A DNA stretch of 64,000 bases. Origin: a virus. A model generated the notes under the pieces. The model searched no databases, was not told where the DNA came from, and saw nothing but the letters and a program-made list of their open reading frames with translations. Position numbers and translations under genes: made by a program. Below, in pieces: positions 52,837-61,734 of this stretch. The stretch spans positions 64,001 through 128,000 of the IMG/VR virus record IMGVR_UViG_3300029374_000001; one strand, given 5' to 3'. How positions within the stretch are numbered: the first letter of the stretch is position 1; every line of letters starts with the position of its first letter.

Positions 52837-53358
52837 TTACTTTTCAAATGTTATATGCGAATTTATCAATTCATTATAATGCTTGTTGGATTCAATCATT
52901 GTATTTTCATAAGGAATGATAAATTTAATCTCTCCTTCTATTTCATCATAGATTGCTGTAGCAGTAGATACATGAACAGTCGATTTACTCATATTGGCTA
53001 AAGTATTCATAATATCATATGCCTTGGTATATTCTTCATCTATAAGTTTATTATAAAAAATATAAGCATTATGAACTTTATTATGGTCAAATACTTGGAA
53101 GCATCCGATATTCTTCATCTTACCCTGTTCTATAATCAGATTACTAAGCTCTTTTGTTATATAAAACTCAGGAACATGATCTTTTACATTCTTTGATGTA
53201 AAATTGGCGACATTAAAATCAATAAGAAGATTAATAACACGATTAAATGCAGCAGATATAGTTATATTGATAATAGACAAATCATCTATACAGCTTCCAT
53301 CTTTAATATTAATTGTTTTACAGAATTTTTCATCACAGATTCCATTGATTAGATTCAT
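52837..53358 (-). CDS. hypothetical protein
   Basis: Part of ORF 52837..53439. Start at ATG 53358 with GGAAGGTGA SD 7 nt upstream. Confidence 0.5.
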   Translation of the reverse strand: MNLINGICDEKFCKTINIKDGSCIDDLSIINITISAAFNRVINLLIDFNVANFTSKNVKDHVPEFYITKELSNLIIEQGKMKNIGCFQVFDHNKVHNAYIFYNKLIDEEYTKAYDIMNTLANMSKSTVHVSTATAIYDEIEGEIKFIIPYENTMIESNKHYNELINSHITFEK

Positions 53359-53430
53359 TATAGGTTCACCTTCCTGAGAGATAAAATAGATAGTATTACT
53401 ATGAAGTTTAAAAAATAATAAAAAATAAAA

Positions 53431-53449
53431 GAGAGTCATTAAGACTCTC
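53431..53449 (-). terminator. rho-independent terminator (GAGAGTC-ATTAA-GACTCTC) with a long U-run on the minus strand
   Basis: Directly 3' of the small gene 53458..53610. Same GTCATTAAGAC loop core as the 12489..12513 terminator. Confidence 0.55.
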
Positions 53450-53457
53450 AGATATTT

Positions 53458-53610
53458 TTACCACTGAATATCATTGATTGTACACATCACGATAACCAGC
53501 AGCATAAGTGGATATGCATACACATTTTTAATCTGTGTCTTACCATTCTCATCTTCATAGAACGGTTTCCACCATTTCCAAGATTTTCTACGATAATATT
53601 TTTCGTCCAT
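53458..53610 (-). CDS. 50-aa protein (MDEKYYRRKSWKWWKPFYEDENGKTQIKNVYAYPLMLLVIVMCTINDIQW), C-terminal TM
   Basis: Hand-translated codon by codon; AAAGGAG SD 10 nt upstream; followed by the terminator. Confidence 0.35.
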   Translation of the reverse strand: MDEKYYRRKSWKWWKPFYEDENGKTQIKNVYAYPLMLLVIVMCTINDIQW

Positions 53611-53640
53611 TTTAAATTCGCTCCTTTTGAAATAATAAAA

Positions 53641-53826
53641 TTATCCGACTTTCCAATTCTTTCTTAACTTAGTTATTTCTTCTCTTAAAGAAATAGCTTT
53701 AGCTGACATAGGGTGAGCATGAAGCCGATTAATCAGTTTCAAATATTCATCCTCTTTGGAATGAATATAATCTTCCATCTCGGCTTTAACTGATAATACC
53801 GGAACACCTTCTCTAATGACTAACAT
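53641..53826 (-). CDS. hypothetical small protein
   Basis: Part of ORF 53641..53859. Start at ATG 53826, 7 nt after GGAAGGAGA. Confidence 0.4.
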   Translation of the reverse strand: MLVIREGVPVLSVKAEMEDYIHSKEDEYLKLINRLHAHPMSAKAISLREEITKLRKNWKVG

Positions 53827-53890
53827 TGCCATTCTCCTTCCTGATACTTTCCGTATCATAGAAAATATATAGATTAATATTTACTTTCAC

Positions 53891-53929
53891 TCATATAGTA
53901 TATAAGTTAAAATAAATTAGATTACAAAT
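53891..53929 (-). promoter_or_regulatory. promoter element copy 5
   Basis: Plus-strand TTAGATTACAAA at 53916..53927, with TATATACTATATG 12 nt downstream on the minus strand. Upstream of gene 53641..53826. Confidence 0.45.
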
Positions 53930-54006
53930 TTAGATTTCGTATAACTAGTTAGTAAGAAATCATGTAGTTTAGCTGCGAATGATTTCTTAGAGATATACTT
54001 ATCGTA

Positions 54007-54186
54007 CTATGATAAGAGTATATCTTGTGCTTTGACAAGATTACTTAACAAGGTAATCTTGAAAGCGAGAATACACTCGTGATTATCTGGCGTATCTTTA
54101 ATCAATTTTAGATTTTCTAAAGCATCTTTCAGATATCCAGAAAACCAAAGAGCATATTCTTTGGAATTAATGTCTTTAGTAATCAT
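54007..54186 (-). CDS. 59-aa hypothetical protein (MITKDINSKEYALWFSGYLKDALENLKLIKDTPDNHECILAFKITLLSNLVKAQDILLS)
   Basis: Hand-translated codon by codon; AAAGGAGA SD 7 nt upstream of ATG 54186. Below the track size cutoff. Confidence 0.35.
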   Translation of the reverse strand: MITKDINSKEYALWFSGYLKDALENLKLIKDTPDNHECILAFKITLLSNLVKAQDILLS

Positions 54187-54290
54187 ACGTATTCTCCTTT
54201 CGAGGCTTATAAGATTACACAGCTATAAAATCTTATAAGTCATATATTTGATATGGGAGAGATAGCCGGTAACTATCTCTTCCCTCTATC

Positions 54291-54333
54291 AAATATATAA
54301 TATATGATTTAGAAAATCTTAGATTACAAAAAA
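54291..54333 (-). promoter_or_regulatory. promoter element copy 6
   Basis: Plus-strand TTAGATTACAAAA at 54319..54331. Followed on the minus strand by the hairpin TTTGATA-TGGGAGAGATAG-CCGGTAA-CTATCTCTTCCC-TC-TATCAAA (54247..54298) in the leader. Confidence 0.45.
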
Positions 54334-54343
54334 CAAAAGTGTA

Positions 54344-54371
54344 TTCCCATAGACCATATGGTCTATGGGAA
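54344..54371 (-). terminator. perfect 28-nt palindromic hairpin TTCCCATAGACCAT|ATGGTCTATGGGAA, followed on the minus strand by ACTTTTGTTTTTTG
   Basis: Directly 3' of gene 54386..54907 and immediately upstream of promoter copy 6. Confidence 0.55.
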
Positions 54372-54385
54372 TTATTTGTAAATTA

Positions 54386-54907
54386 TTATTTCAACCAGCT
54401 AGGAGCTGGAGCAAATACTTTAACACTTTCATATGCTTTCACATATGTTCTTCCGGAACTATAGATCTTAGTTCCATCTTTCTTTACTTCAACAACCTGT
54501 GGGAATGTTCTTTCTCCAGCAGGAATTTCTTTAAGAGCCACCGATACATTAGACTTTTCTCTTCCACCAAGAGGAAGTTTACGTCCTGTATGGATATAGG
54601 TATTAATAAATTCTTTGCTGAATTCGATCAAAGCTTCTGCTTCACTTTTTTTGAATTCATGTTCTCTCATTAAGCTCTGTGCTTCTGCCATTGGGATCTT
54701 TGCCGCCGAACTCATGACAGATGCACACATTTCTCTAATTTTAGTAGATGGGTTATATGTAGATTCTTTACCACTTACCCCATATAGGTCTACTTTGTAG
54801 GTTGTGTCATTCATCATTGCACGCATAACTCTAATTTCATCCTTATGAGATGTTGTGCAAGTTGTTCCTTTATTGATGATTTTTAACAACTCTGCTACTT
54901 TCTCCAT
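54386..54907 (-). CDS. hypothetical protein (173 aa)
   Basis: ORF track. Confidence 0.5.
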   Translation of the reverse strand: MEKVAELLKIINKGTTCTTSHKDEIRVMRAMMNDTTYKVDLYGVSGKESTYNPSTKIREMCASVMSSAAKIPMAEAQSLMREHEFKKSEAEALIEFSKEFINTYIHTGRKLPLGGREKSNVSVALKEIPAGERTFPQVVEVKKDGTKIYSSGRTYVKAYESVKVFAPAPSWLK

Positions 54908-55174
54908 TTATAAAATCCTCCTAACTTTATAAACACAAATCATAGAATTATGATTTAGTTTTATCTAATTTAGTTTTTGCCATATCATCAACGATGGTAA
55001 TAGCATTCATTAGTTTTCTCTTTGTATGGATATATCTATATAGATAATCTTTTAATTCTTCTCTGGAGTATTTAGAAATTGTCTCTAAGAATTCTTCTTT
55101 TTTCATAGTTATCACCTATCCTATTACTATCTAAGTTCGTTGAGATATAACTTTTAAATTCTCAAAACGACAGC

Positions 55175-55203
55175 TTACAATGTAGTTATCGAACACTTAT
55201 ATA
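55175..55203 (+). promoter_or_regulatory. sigma70/sigmaA-like promoter TTACAA-N17-TATATA upstream of the beta-subunit gene
   Basis: -35-like hexamer at 55175..55180, 17-nt spacer, -10-like hexamer at 55198..55203, about 40 nt upstream of ATG 55243. Same TTGTAA-N17-TATATA architecture as the minus-strand elements but without the full 13-mer. Confidence 0.4.
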
Positions 55204-55242
55204 AATTTTCATATTATTTTCAAATGAAAGGATATGTGCTAT

Positions 55243-58200
55243 ATGGCAACATCTATTGAAAAACTTGTTCCTCTTCGTTTGATGAAGACCAAACTTAAAT
55301 ACCCTACAGATCTTAAAGATCGTTATAAGGGTAGTGTTGTCTTCTTACTGACAAAATCTATAGATGGTTCTATAGACTTCTTAAATACCAATCAGTTCTT
55401 AGTGAATAATAAAACATTCTTGTCTTATTATATAGAGAAAGACTATACGTTTTATTTAGAATCTGCCGAAGAACCAAGAGATCATATGGTTGATTCTGTA
55501 TTAGAATCCTCTATGGGAGAACTCAATACTCAATATAATAATATATATGTGAAATCTGATTCAGCTACCTCTTTCTATCCAGATGCAGCACAATTGATTG
55601 CTATGAATGAAGATTTCGGAATCAATCAAAATTATCCCAATATATTTAGACGATTCTTATATAACGAACGCATCAAAAATCAAAAAGAAGCTATGACTCT
55701 TTATAAGAAGATCAAAGCTTCTATTGATTGGATTAAGTATACATACATTAATCTTTCTATCTATAAAAGAAAGAACTTAATTGTCGATTGGTCATATTAT
55801 GCAAATCTGTTCTTTAAGAATAATGAATTATATATCAGAGATAAAGGAATTGATCTGTTACATCATATGATGACAAGATATCTGAATGATGCTAGATTAA
55901 CTAATGAAGGATATAGCAGAAAGACAGTTATTATTCCAGTCAACGAATGGTGCAATGGAATCGAAGATAAAGTATTATTTGACTTTACTAAAAATATCAA
56001 TCCATTCTCTATGATCTTCCGTTTAACCAAACAAAAGAAAATATTCCCAAATGAATGGGAAGGAATTGATTTTATCGTTTGCTCTAAGAATGCTTATTTC
56101 AAAATAGACTTAAATAATTTCAGCATCAAAGAACTGGTTAGGTTTGTATACTTAACCAAGAAGTTAATTGCTAATGAAATTGCCGATGCAGATACAACGG
56201 ATGATGAAGAAACCATTGTAACTTCCGGATTAACCCAGAATAAAGAATTGTCTGGTAAAGATACAGAATATGTAACAGTCAAAGTTTCTGATGATGAAAA
56301 GAAAGAAGAAATTGTTGACGTTGCTCCAGAGCATAAAGAACCTATCGTTAACCCTGATGAAGACTGGTTAAAATCTGTCGTTGCTGATTTAGATGAGAAT
56401 TCTAAAGATACAGTCAAGATCAATGAAGCTAGACAAAAACGTATGGAAGAATTAGACAAGACATACGATAATACAGAAATTCATGGTAAGAAAGTTAAAA
56501 CAATCTTAGAGAACTACTATACCAAAGACAGATCTTTGAAGTCCGAACCTATTCCGATTGACTCTATCAATGAAGAATGGAAAAATATATCTTCATTAAA
56601 CTTAGAGAAGTCATACGATATTGATGAAGATATTGTTGCTATTCTTAAATCATTCCGATATAAATCCAGACCATTATCTATTGTATCTATGAAGATGGAA
56701 GATACTTCGACCAATATGGACTATGTCAATACATTGACTGTAGTAATGGAAGATGCTTATGGAACCAGATCCACTATTAAATTGGATATTCCTAAGTTTA
56801 TCAATCATCGGTTTATGAAACTAAGAGGAAACTTAAAAACTATTGCTGGTCAGTTAATCTTAATGCCTATCATTAAAACAGATGAAGATACAGCACAGAT
56901 TGTTACCTCTTATCATAAGATCTTTATTTACAGAATCAATCCATCCAATGGTTCTAAATCAACCAAAGGGGTATCTAAGCTAACCAAAGCTCTAAGTAAA
57001 CTAAATACAATAACTTCTAAATTGGAAGTATTTGAAGGAGATAATAGTTTTATCTGTTCTAAATATGAATTGCCAATCGAATATAGAGATTTGGCTGGTT
57101 TGTATTCCAGAATCAATTTAGGAGATGGAAGTTATGTGACGTTTGATTATGATAAAGCATTACAGCTTCCTACTGATAATAAGTATGATCAAGCAAAGCA
57201 TATTATATTTGGCTTTGATAATAAAACTAAGAAAGCAGTATATGGAGATAAAGAAAGATTATCTTTTGATATTGGAAATTTCTTAGCTTCTAAAGATAAA
57301 GCTTTTGGCGATCTCTATGTAAGTACAGTACCGTCTAATAAACTTTCTTATTCTGAAGCATCTATTATGAATACGGATATTCCTGTAATTATTTTGATGG
57401 CTTTCAGTGAAGGTTTACAGAAAGCGATGGATAAATCTAAGATTAAATATCGCTTCTCTGAAAAGAGACCAAAAGCAACAGATACAGAATCTGTTATTCG
57501 TTTTTCTGATGGATACATCATATACAATGATGAACACCCAGAAGATTCTCTATTAATGACTGGATTGACTAAGTGTGATTTGAGTTCCTATTCTATTAAA
57601 GATATTAATAGCAAATCTATGTGGTTAGATATCTTGGATGACTTTGGCGGACGTATCAAAGCAGATGGTTTAGATAACTTCTATGATTGCGAATTTGACC
57701 CTATGTCTATTGATATCTGTAAGAGAAAGAAGATTCCCTATGATTATATAGAAGCTTTAGCCTATGCTAATAAACTCTTAGCTTCTACGGAATATAACAA
57801 GCATGCTGATATTTCTGGAAATAGAATTAGAACTAATGAAATCTTAGCAGGATACTTATATCAAGTATTGGCTAATGCCTATGGAGATTATGCCAGCAAG
57901 TCTAAGAGAGTGGGTAAAGGAGTTAAACTCTCTATTAAACAATCTGCGTTAATAGATGCTCTTATGAAAGATCCCGGATTCTCCGATTTATCTGTGTCTT
58001 CTCCTTTATTAGAAGCAGAAGCTGCTACATCTGCATCGTTTAAAGGATTGTCTGGTATGAATGCGGATAGAGCATATACCTTAGATAAACGAGTATATGA
58101 TGAATCTATGCTTGGTATTCTGGGAGCATCTACAGGGTTTGCAGGTAATGTTGGTATTACCAGACCAATGACTATCAATGCGTCTATTCAGAATAGCAGA

Positions 58201-59535
58201 GGATTAATGGATCCTAAAAGGCCAAAAGATCTGAATACATTAAATACGTTAACTATATATGAAGCATTGACTCCTTATGCTACTACCCATGATGATCCTA
58301 TTCGTACAGCTATGGGATTTGTTCAGACAGTTAAACACCAGATGAGAGTTAAATCTTCTTCTCCCAGTTTAATTACATATGGCATGGATGAAGCTCTTCC
58401 TTACTTTACAACCGATATATTCTCCCATAAATTCAAAGGAGTTAAAGGCAAAGTATTAGACGTCAATGATGAATTTATTATTTATGAAACTATTGATGAA
58501 GATGGAAATAAATCAAAAGAATTTGTTGATTTGTCCGATCATACAATGAAGAACTCAGATGGTGGTTTCTATGTCACAGTTAAATTAAAGCCACAGGTTA
58601 AGAAGGGTCAAACTCTAAAGAAGAATGATATCTTAGCCTATGACCCAACTTCATATTCTCCCACTGTAGCTTCTGATAAGAATTCTAAAAATATTGCTTA
58701 TAATGCTGGTACATTAGCAAAGATCGCTATTATGTGTACTGATGAAGCATATGAAGATTCTTCTATTATCAATACAAGATTAGTAGATGCATTAACTTCA
58801 TTCTATGTAGTAGAAAAATTGTGTTCTTTAGATGCACACTCTAATGTATTCTCTTTAGCAGAAATTGGTAAACCTATTCAAGAAGGATCTCCTTTAATTG
58901 TATTCCAGAATGCATTTGAAGAAGAAGATGCTAATAAACTTCTTAAGAATATCAATGATGAAGAATTAGATGCTATTACAGATTTTGGTCGTATTCAAGT
59001 TCATTCTAAATTAACTGGTATATTACAAGATATCAAGATTAGAAGAACATGTGAACTTTCCGATCTGTCTCCATCATTAAAGAAGATTGTTACTCAATAT
59101 GAAAACGGTATTAAAGCTAAAAAGAAAAAGCTCTTATCTGCTGGAGTAAATCCAATAGAAGTAGAATCTATGTTAGAATCTACAGAAAAGATGCTTCCTG
59201 AGGGTAAACTGAAAAACACACCAAATGGTGTTATGTTTGAATTCTATATCAAATGTAGAGATAAAATGGGTGTAGGAGATAAGTTAACCTATAATACAGC
59301 CATCAAAGGTGTTGTTAAGGATATTATACCAGATGGTAAAGATCCTTATACAGATTTCAGAAAGAATGAACCTATTGATGCTTTATTAACTTCTGCATCC
59401 GTTAATGCTCGTATGGTTCCCTCTGTTATGATCTCTGGGGCTTTGAATAAAGTCTTAATTGAATTATCTAGACAATGTAAAGAAAAGTTAGGTATTCAGT
59501 GGACTAACTTAGAAAACAAAAACAATTTAGATTAA
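55243..59535 (+). CDS. RNA polymerase beta subunit, highly divergent (1430 aa)
   Basis: [29 protein letters not shown] corresponds to beta ..[41 protein letters not shown] corresponds to GDKLAGRHGNKGVISKI.P. Start chosen at ATG 55243 (MATSIEKL). Confidence 0.7.
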   Translation: [1430 protein letters not shown]

Positions 59536-59573
59536 TACATTCTAATAACCAACTGAAGATAGCGAGTTTCTTA

Positions 59574-59599
59574 GGGTATACGGAATATTCCGTATACCC
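59574..59599 (+). terminator. perfect 26-nt palindromic hairpin GGGTATACGGAAT|ATTCCGTATACCC, 40 nt after the beta gene stop
   Basis: Read from sequence; no clear U-run. Confidence 0.45.
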
Positions 59600-59803
59600 A
59601 TTCGCTCGTCAAAAGGCCGCATTTCATTTCTAACATATTAGTAAAGGCTTTTGTATCTCTGATCATACCCGTCCATATATGATTATATACAATTGTCTAA
59701 AATTTCATAAATTTCCTCTTCTTGAAAATTTGTTTTCTCCTTATAATTCACTGTACTTTCTCCGGTACAGTGAATTATACCGCCAATATTACAATAAAAG
59801 ATC

Positions 59804-59825
59804 CCATAGCTCCTATGAGCTATGG
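59804..59825 (-). terminator. hairpin CCATAGCTC-CTAT-GAGCTATGG, followed on the minus strand by GATCTTTTATTG
   Basis: 3' end of the minus-strand small-membrane-peptide block 59830..60300. Confidence 0.45.
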
Positions 59826-59981
59826 AACTTATCTATTTAACAAGTACGATAATTGCTCCTACAATAAATACAGAGCATATTAATCCTGCCATATATTCTG
59901 GCATAACAACACCTAAGATTACATTCATAAATATAGATACCAGAATAACCACTACACATAGTAATATCTTTATGATATTTC

Positions 59982-60167
59982 CTATTCCCATAATTTACCA
60001 CCACACTTCATGATATCATAAAATGCATACAATGAGCTAACTAAGTAAACGACAAATAAACATCCTGCAATTCCATATCTGTCATACGTTAAGCAATATG
60101 CAGAACAACTTCCGCATATGATGGACAATAGAATGCAAAGTATGCTAACCAATATTCTACAATGCAT
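59982..60167 (-). CDS. small Cys-rich membrane protein (61 aa)
   Basis: ORF track; hydrophobic. Neighbouring tiny hydrophobic minus-strand ORFs (e.g. MPEYMAGLICSVFIVGAIIVLVK near 59833..59904) suggest a cluster of membrane peptides. Confidence 0.35.
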   Translation of the reverse strand: MHCRILVSILCILLSIICGSCSAYCLTYDRYGIAGCLFVVYLVSSLYAFYDIMKCGGKLWE

Positions 60168-60376
60168 AATTTATAACCTCCTAACCTATCCAGTTATAAA
60201 GTATATATAACAATAATCCGAAGATCATACAAGCACAGTATTCATTCGTATATTTATTATTCATCATAATAAAAATCTCCTTATGATTACATAGAAATAT
60301 TCAGAGCAATATAGTGTTCGGATATTGTCTACAAGAAAATGGACGGGCTATAAGGGTTATAAAAAATAAAAAAATA

Positions 60377-60408
60377 AAGAGCTTTTAAAAGCTCTTTATT
60401 TTTTTATT
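60377..60408. terminator. bidirectional rho-independent terminator AAAGAGC-TTTTAAAA-GCTCTTT flanked by an A-run and a T-run
   Basis: Read from sequence; stem-loop plus ATTTTTTTATT; adjacent to the stop of gene 60407..60601. Confidence 0.6.
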
Positions 60409-60601
60409 AGCGAAACAGATCAATTACAACAAATAGAGATATAATTGCTGCTTTCAAACCAAGAACAATACATGCTGCCCAATCGCCAAGTTTACATAAA
60501 ACATTAATACCCTGTTTATGAGCTTGATCATAGAAATGAACACACCAATCCAGATCAATCAATACGATTGCAATTAATACAAAATACTGCCACCATTTCA
60601 T
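60407..60601 (-). CDS. small membrane protein (MKWWQYFVLIAIVLIDLDW...)
   Basis: Part of ORF 60407..60631. ATG 60601 with AAAAGGAGGA SD 8 nt upstream. Confidence 0.5.
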   Translation of the reverse strand: MKWWQYFVLIAIVLIDLDWCVHFYDQAHKQGINVLCKLGDWAACIVLGLKAAIISLFVVIDLFR

Positions 60602-60663
60602 TTTTAAGTCCTCCTTTTGACTTGTTACCATTAGATGATATGATTTATCATTTCTTATTCATC

Positions 60664-60703
60664 TCTATAATATATAATTTATCAAAAGTTAGATTACAAA
60701 ATG
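60664..60703 (-). promoter_or_regulatory. promoter element copy 7
   Basis: Plus-strand TTAGATTACAAAA at 60689..60701. Minus-strand reading TTTTGTAATCTAA-CTTTTGATAAAT-TATATATTATAGAG, about 60 nt upstream of ATG 60601. Confidence 0.5.
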
Positions 60704-60724
60704 TCTATAATACCCACCTTTATA

Positions 60725-60835
60725 TTATTTAAAGAGCATATCTTCTAATAAAACACCATTGATAATATCATATGCCATAATAGCCCACATAATAGCTAAG
60801 ATGGCTACAAAGATATAACTCATCTTCTTTTTCAT
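60725..60835 (-). CDS. 36-aa membrane peptide (MKKKMSYIFVAILAIMWAIMAYDIINGVLLEDMLFK)
   Basis: Hand-translated codon by codon. Below the track cutoff. Confidence 0.3.
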   Translation of the reverse strand: MKKKMSYIFVAILAIMWAIMAYDIINGVLLEDMLFK

Positions 60836-60864
60836 TGTATGTACTCCTTTTATGAAATTCTATG

Positions 60865-61734
60865 TTAAAAAGTATTTGTTTCTGTCATGATATTTTCTAT
60901 ATGAATCTTTAGACTATTTGTCGATTCATCATAGGTAAAATAAAATAGATATCCATTTCTGGTAAAGAATTTAAAATTTTCTATATGCGCATGAGCGATA
61001 TGAACGTCATTAAAATCCTTCACATCAGATTCTCTTAATTTAAAATGAGAAAAAAGCTCTCTAATTCTTTCGAAATCTTCCTTAGTTGTAAATCTTTCGA
61101 TAATATGCATCCCAAACCCCTTATATCCAATAGGTTTGAACACCCCATCATCGTCAAATTCGATTCTATACACTTCTCCCGTGTACTTATACGTGGGCAG
61201 CACAGATTTCTCTATTAAATCGTAAAAATGGTGAATTTCGGAATGATCATTACTATGAAGAAGTTCATCTAAAAGATCGGACGTTAATATATCATATGAG
61301 TTTATCACAACTTCATTCATGATATTTTCCAATAAATCGTCAGACTTTACGAAATGAAAATCTTCATCAAAGTTTCCATTTTCTATATTTCTTTCTTTTT
61401 CTATATAAGGCGGAATGGTGTAAAACTCCATTTCATTTTCGGAATCATATAAAATATCCCAAGTTCTATTACTATAAATGGCCGTTATGACTATACTAAA
61501 CTCTTCTTTATATTTCTCATATCCATTCATTAATGTAAAAAAGTCCGGAATGCTATAAGAAAAAAGTACAATATGATCTTCTTTATGATTTTCGGAACGA
61601 AAGATATCTTCTAATTTATTCATAAGATCAAAATATGTAACGCATATATCATATACTTTTCCAAGTCTATTAAGAACTAACTTATTATTTTCAAAAAATT
61701 TCGGTAATACAAAAAGCTCAATCTTAGTCATCAT
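60865..61734 (-). CDS. hypothetical acidic protein (289 aa)
   Basis: ORF track. Confidence 0.5.
   Translation of the reverse strand: MMTKIELFVLPKFFENNKLVLNRLGKVYDICVTYFDLMNKLEDIFRSENHKEDHIVLFSYSIPDFFTLMNGYEKYKEEFSIVITAIYSNRTWDILYDSENEMEFYTIPPYIEKERNIENGNFDEDFHFVKSDDLLENIMNEVVINSYDILTSDLLDELLHSNDHSEIHHFYDLIEKSVLPTYKYTGEVYRIEFDDDGVFKPIGYKGFGMHIIERFTTKEDFERIRELFSHFKLRESDVKDFNDVHIAHAHIENFKFFTRNGYLFYFTYDESTNSLKIHIENIMTETNTF

Noticed and set aside
52817-52879. Tiny plus-strand ORF (MHHYNVIYFSNVICEFINSL) with a very strong SD (GAGGGAGGATTAT-ATG)
   Set aside because: It overlaps the 3' end of minus gene 52837..53358 in antisense, and the peptide looks random; noted only because of the strong SD.
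59822-60013. Plus-strand 63-aa ORF
   Set aside because: It overlaps a minus-strand small-membrane-protein ORF and a terminator hairpin, and has no SD; probably an antisense artefact.
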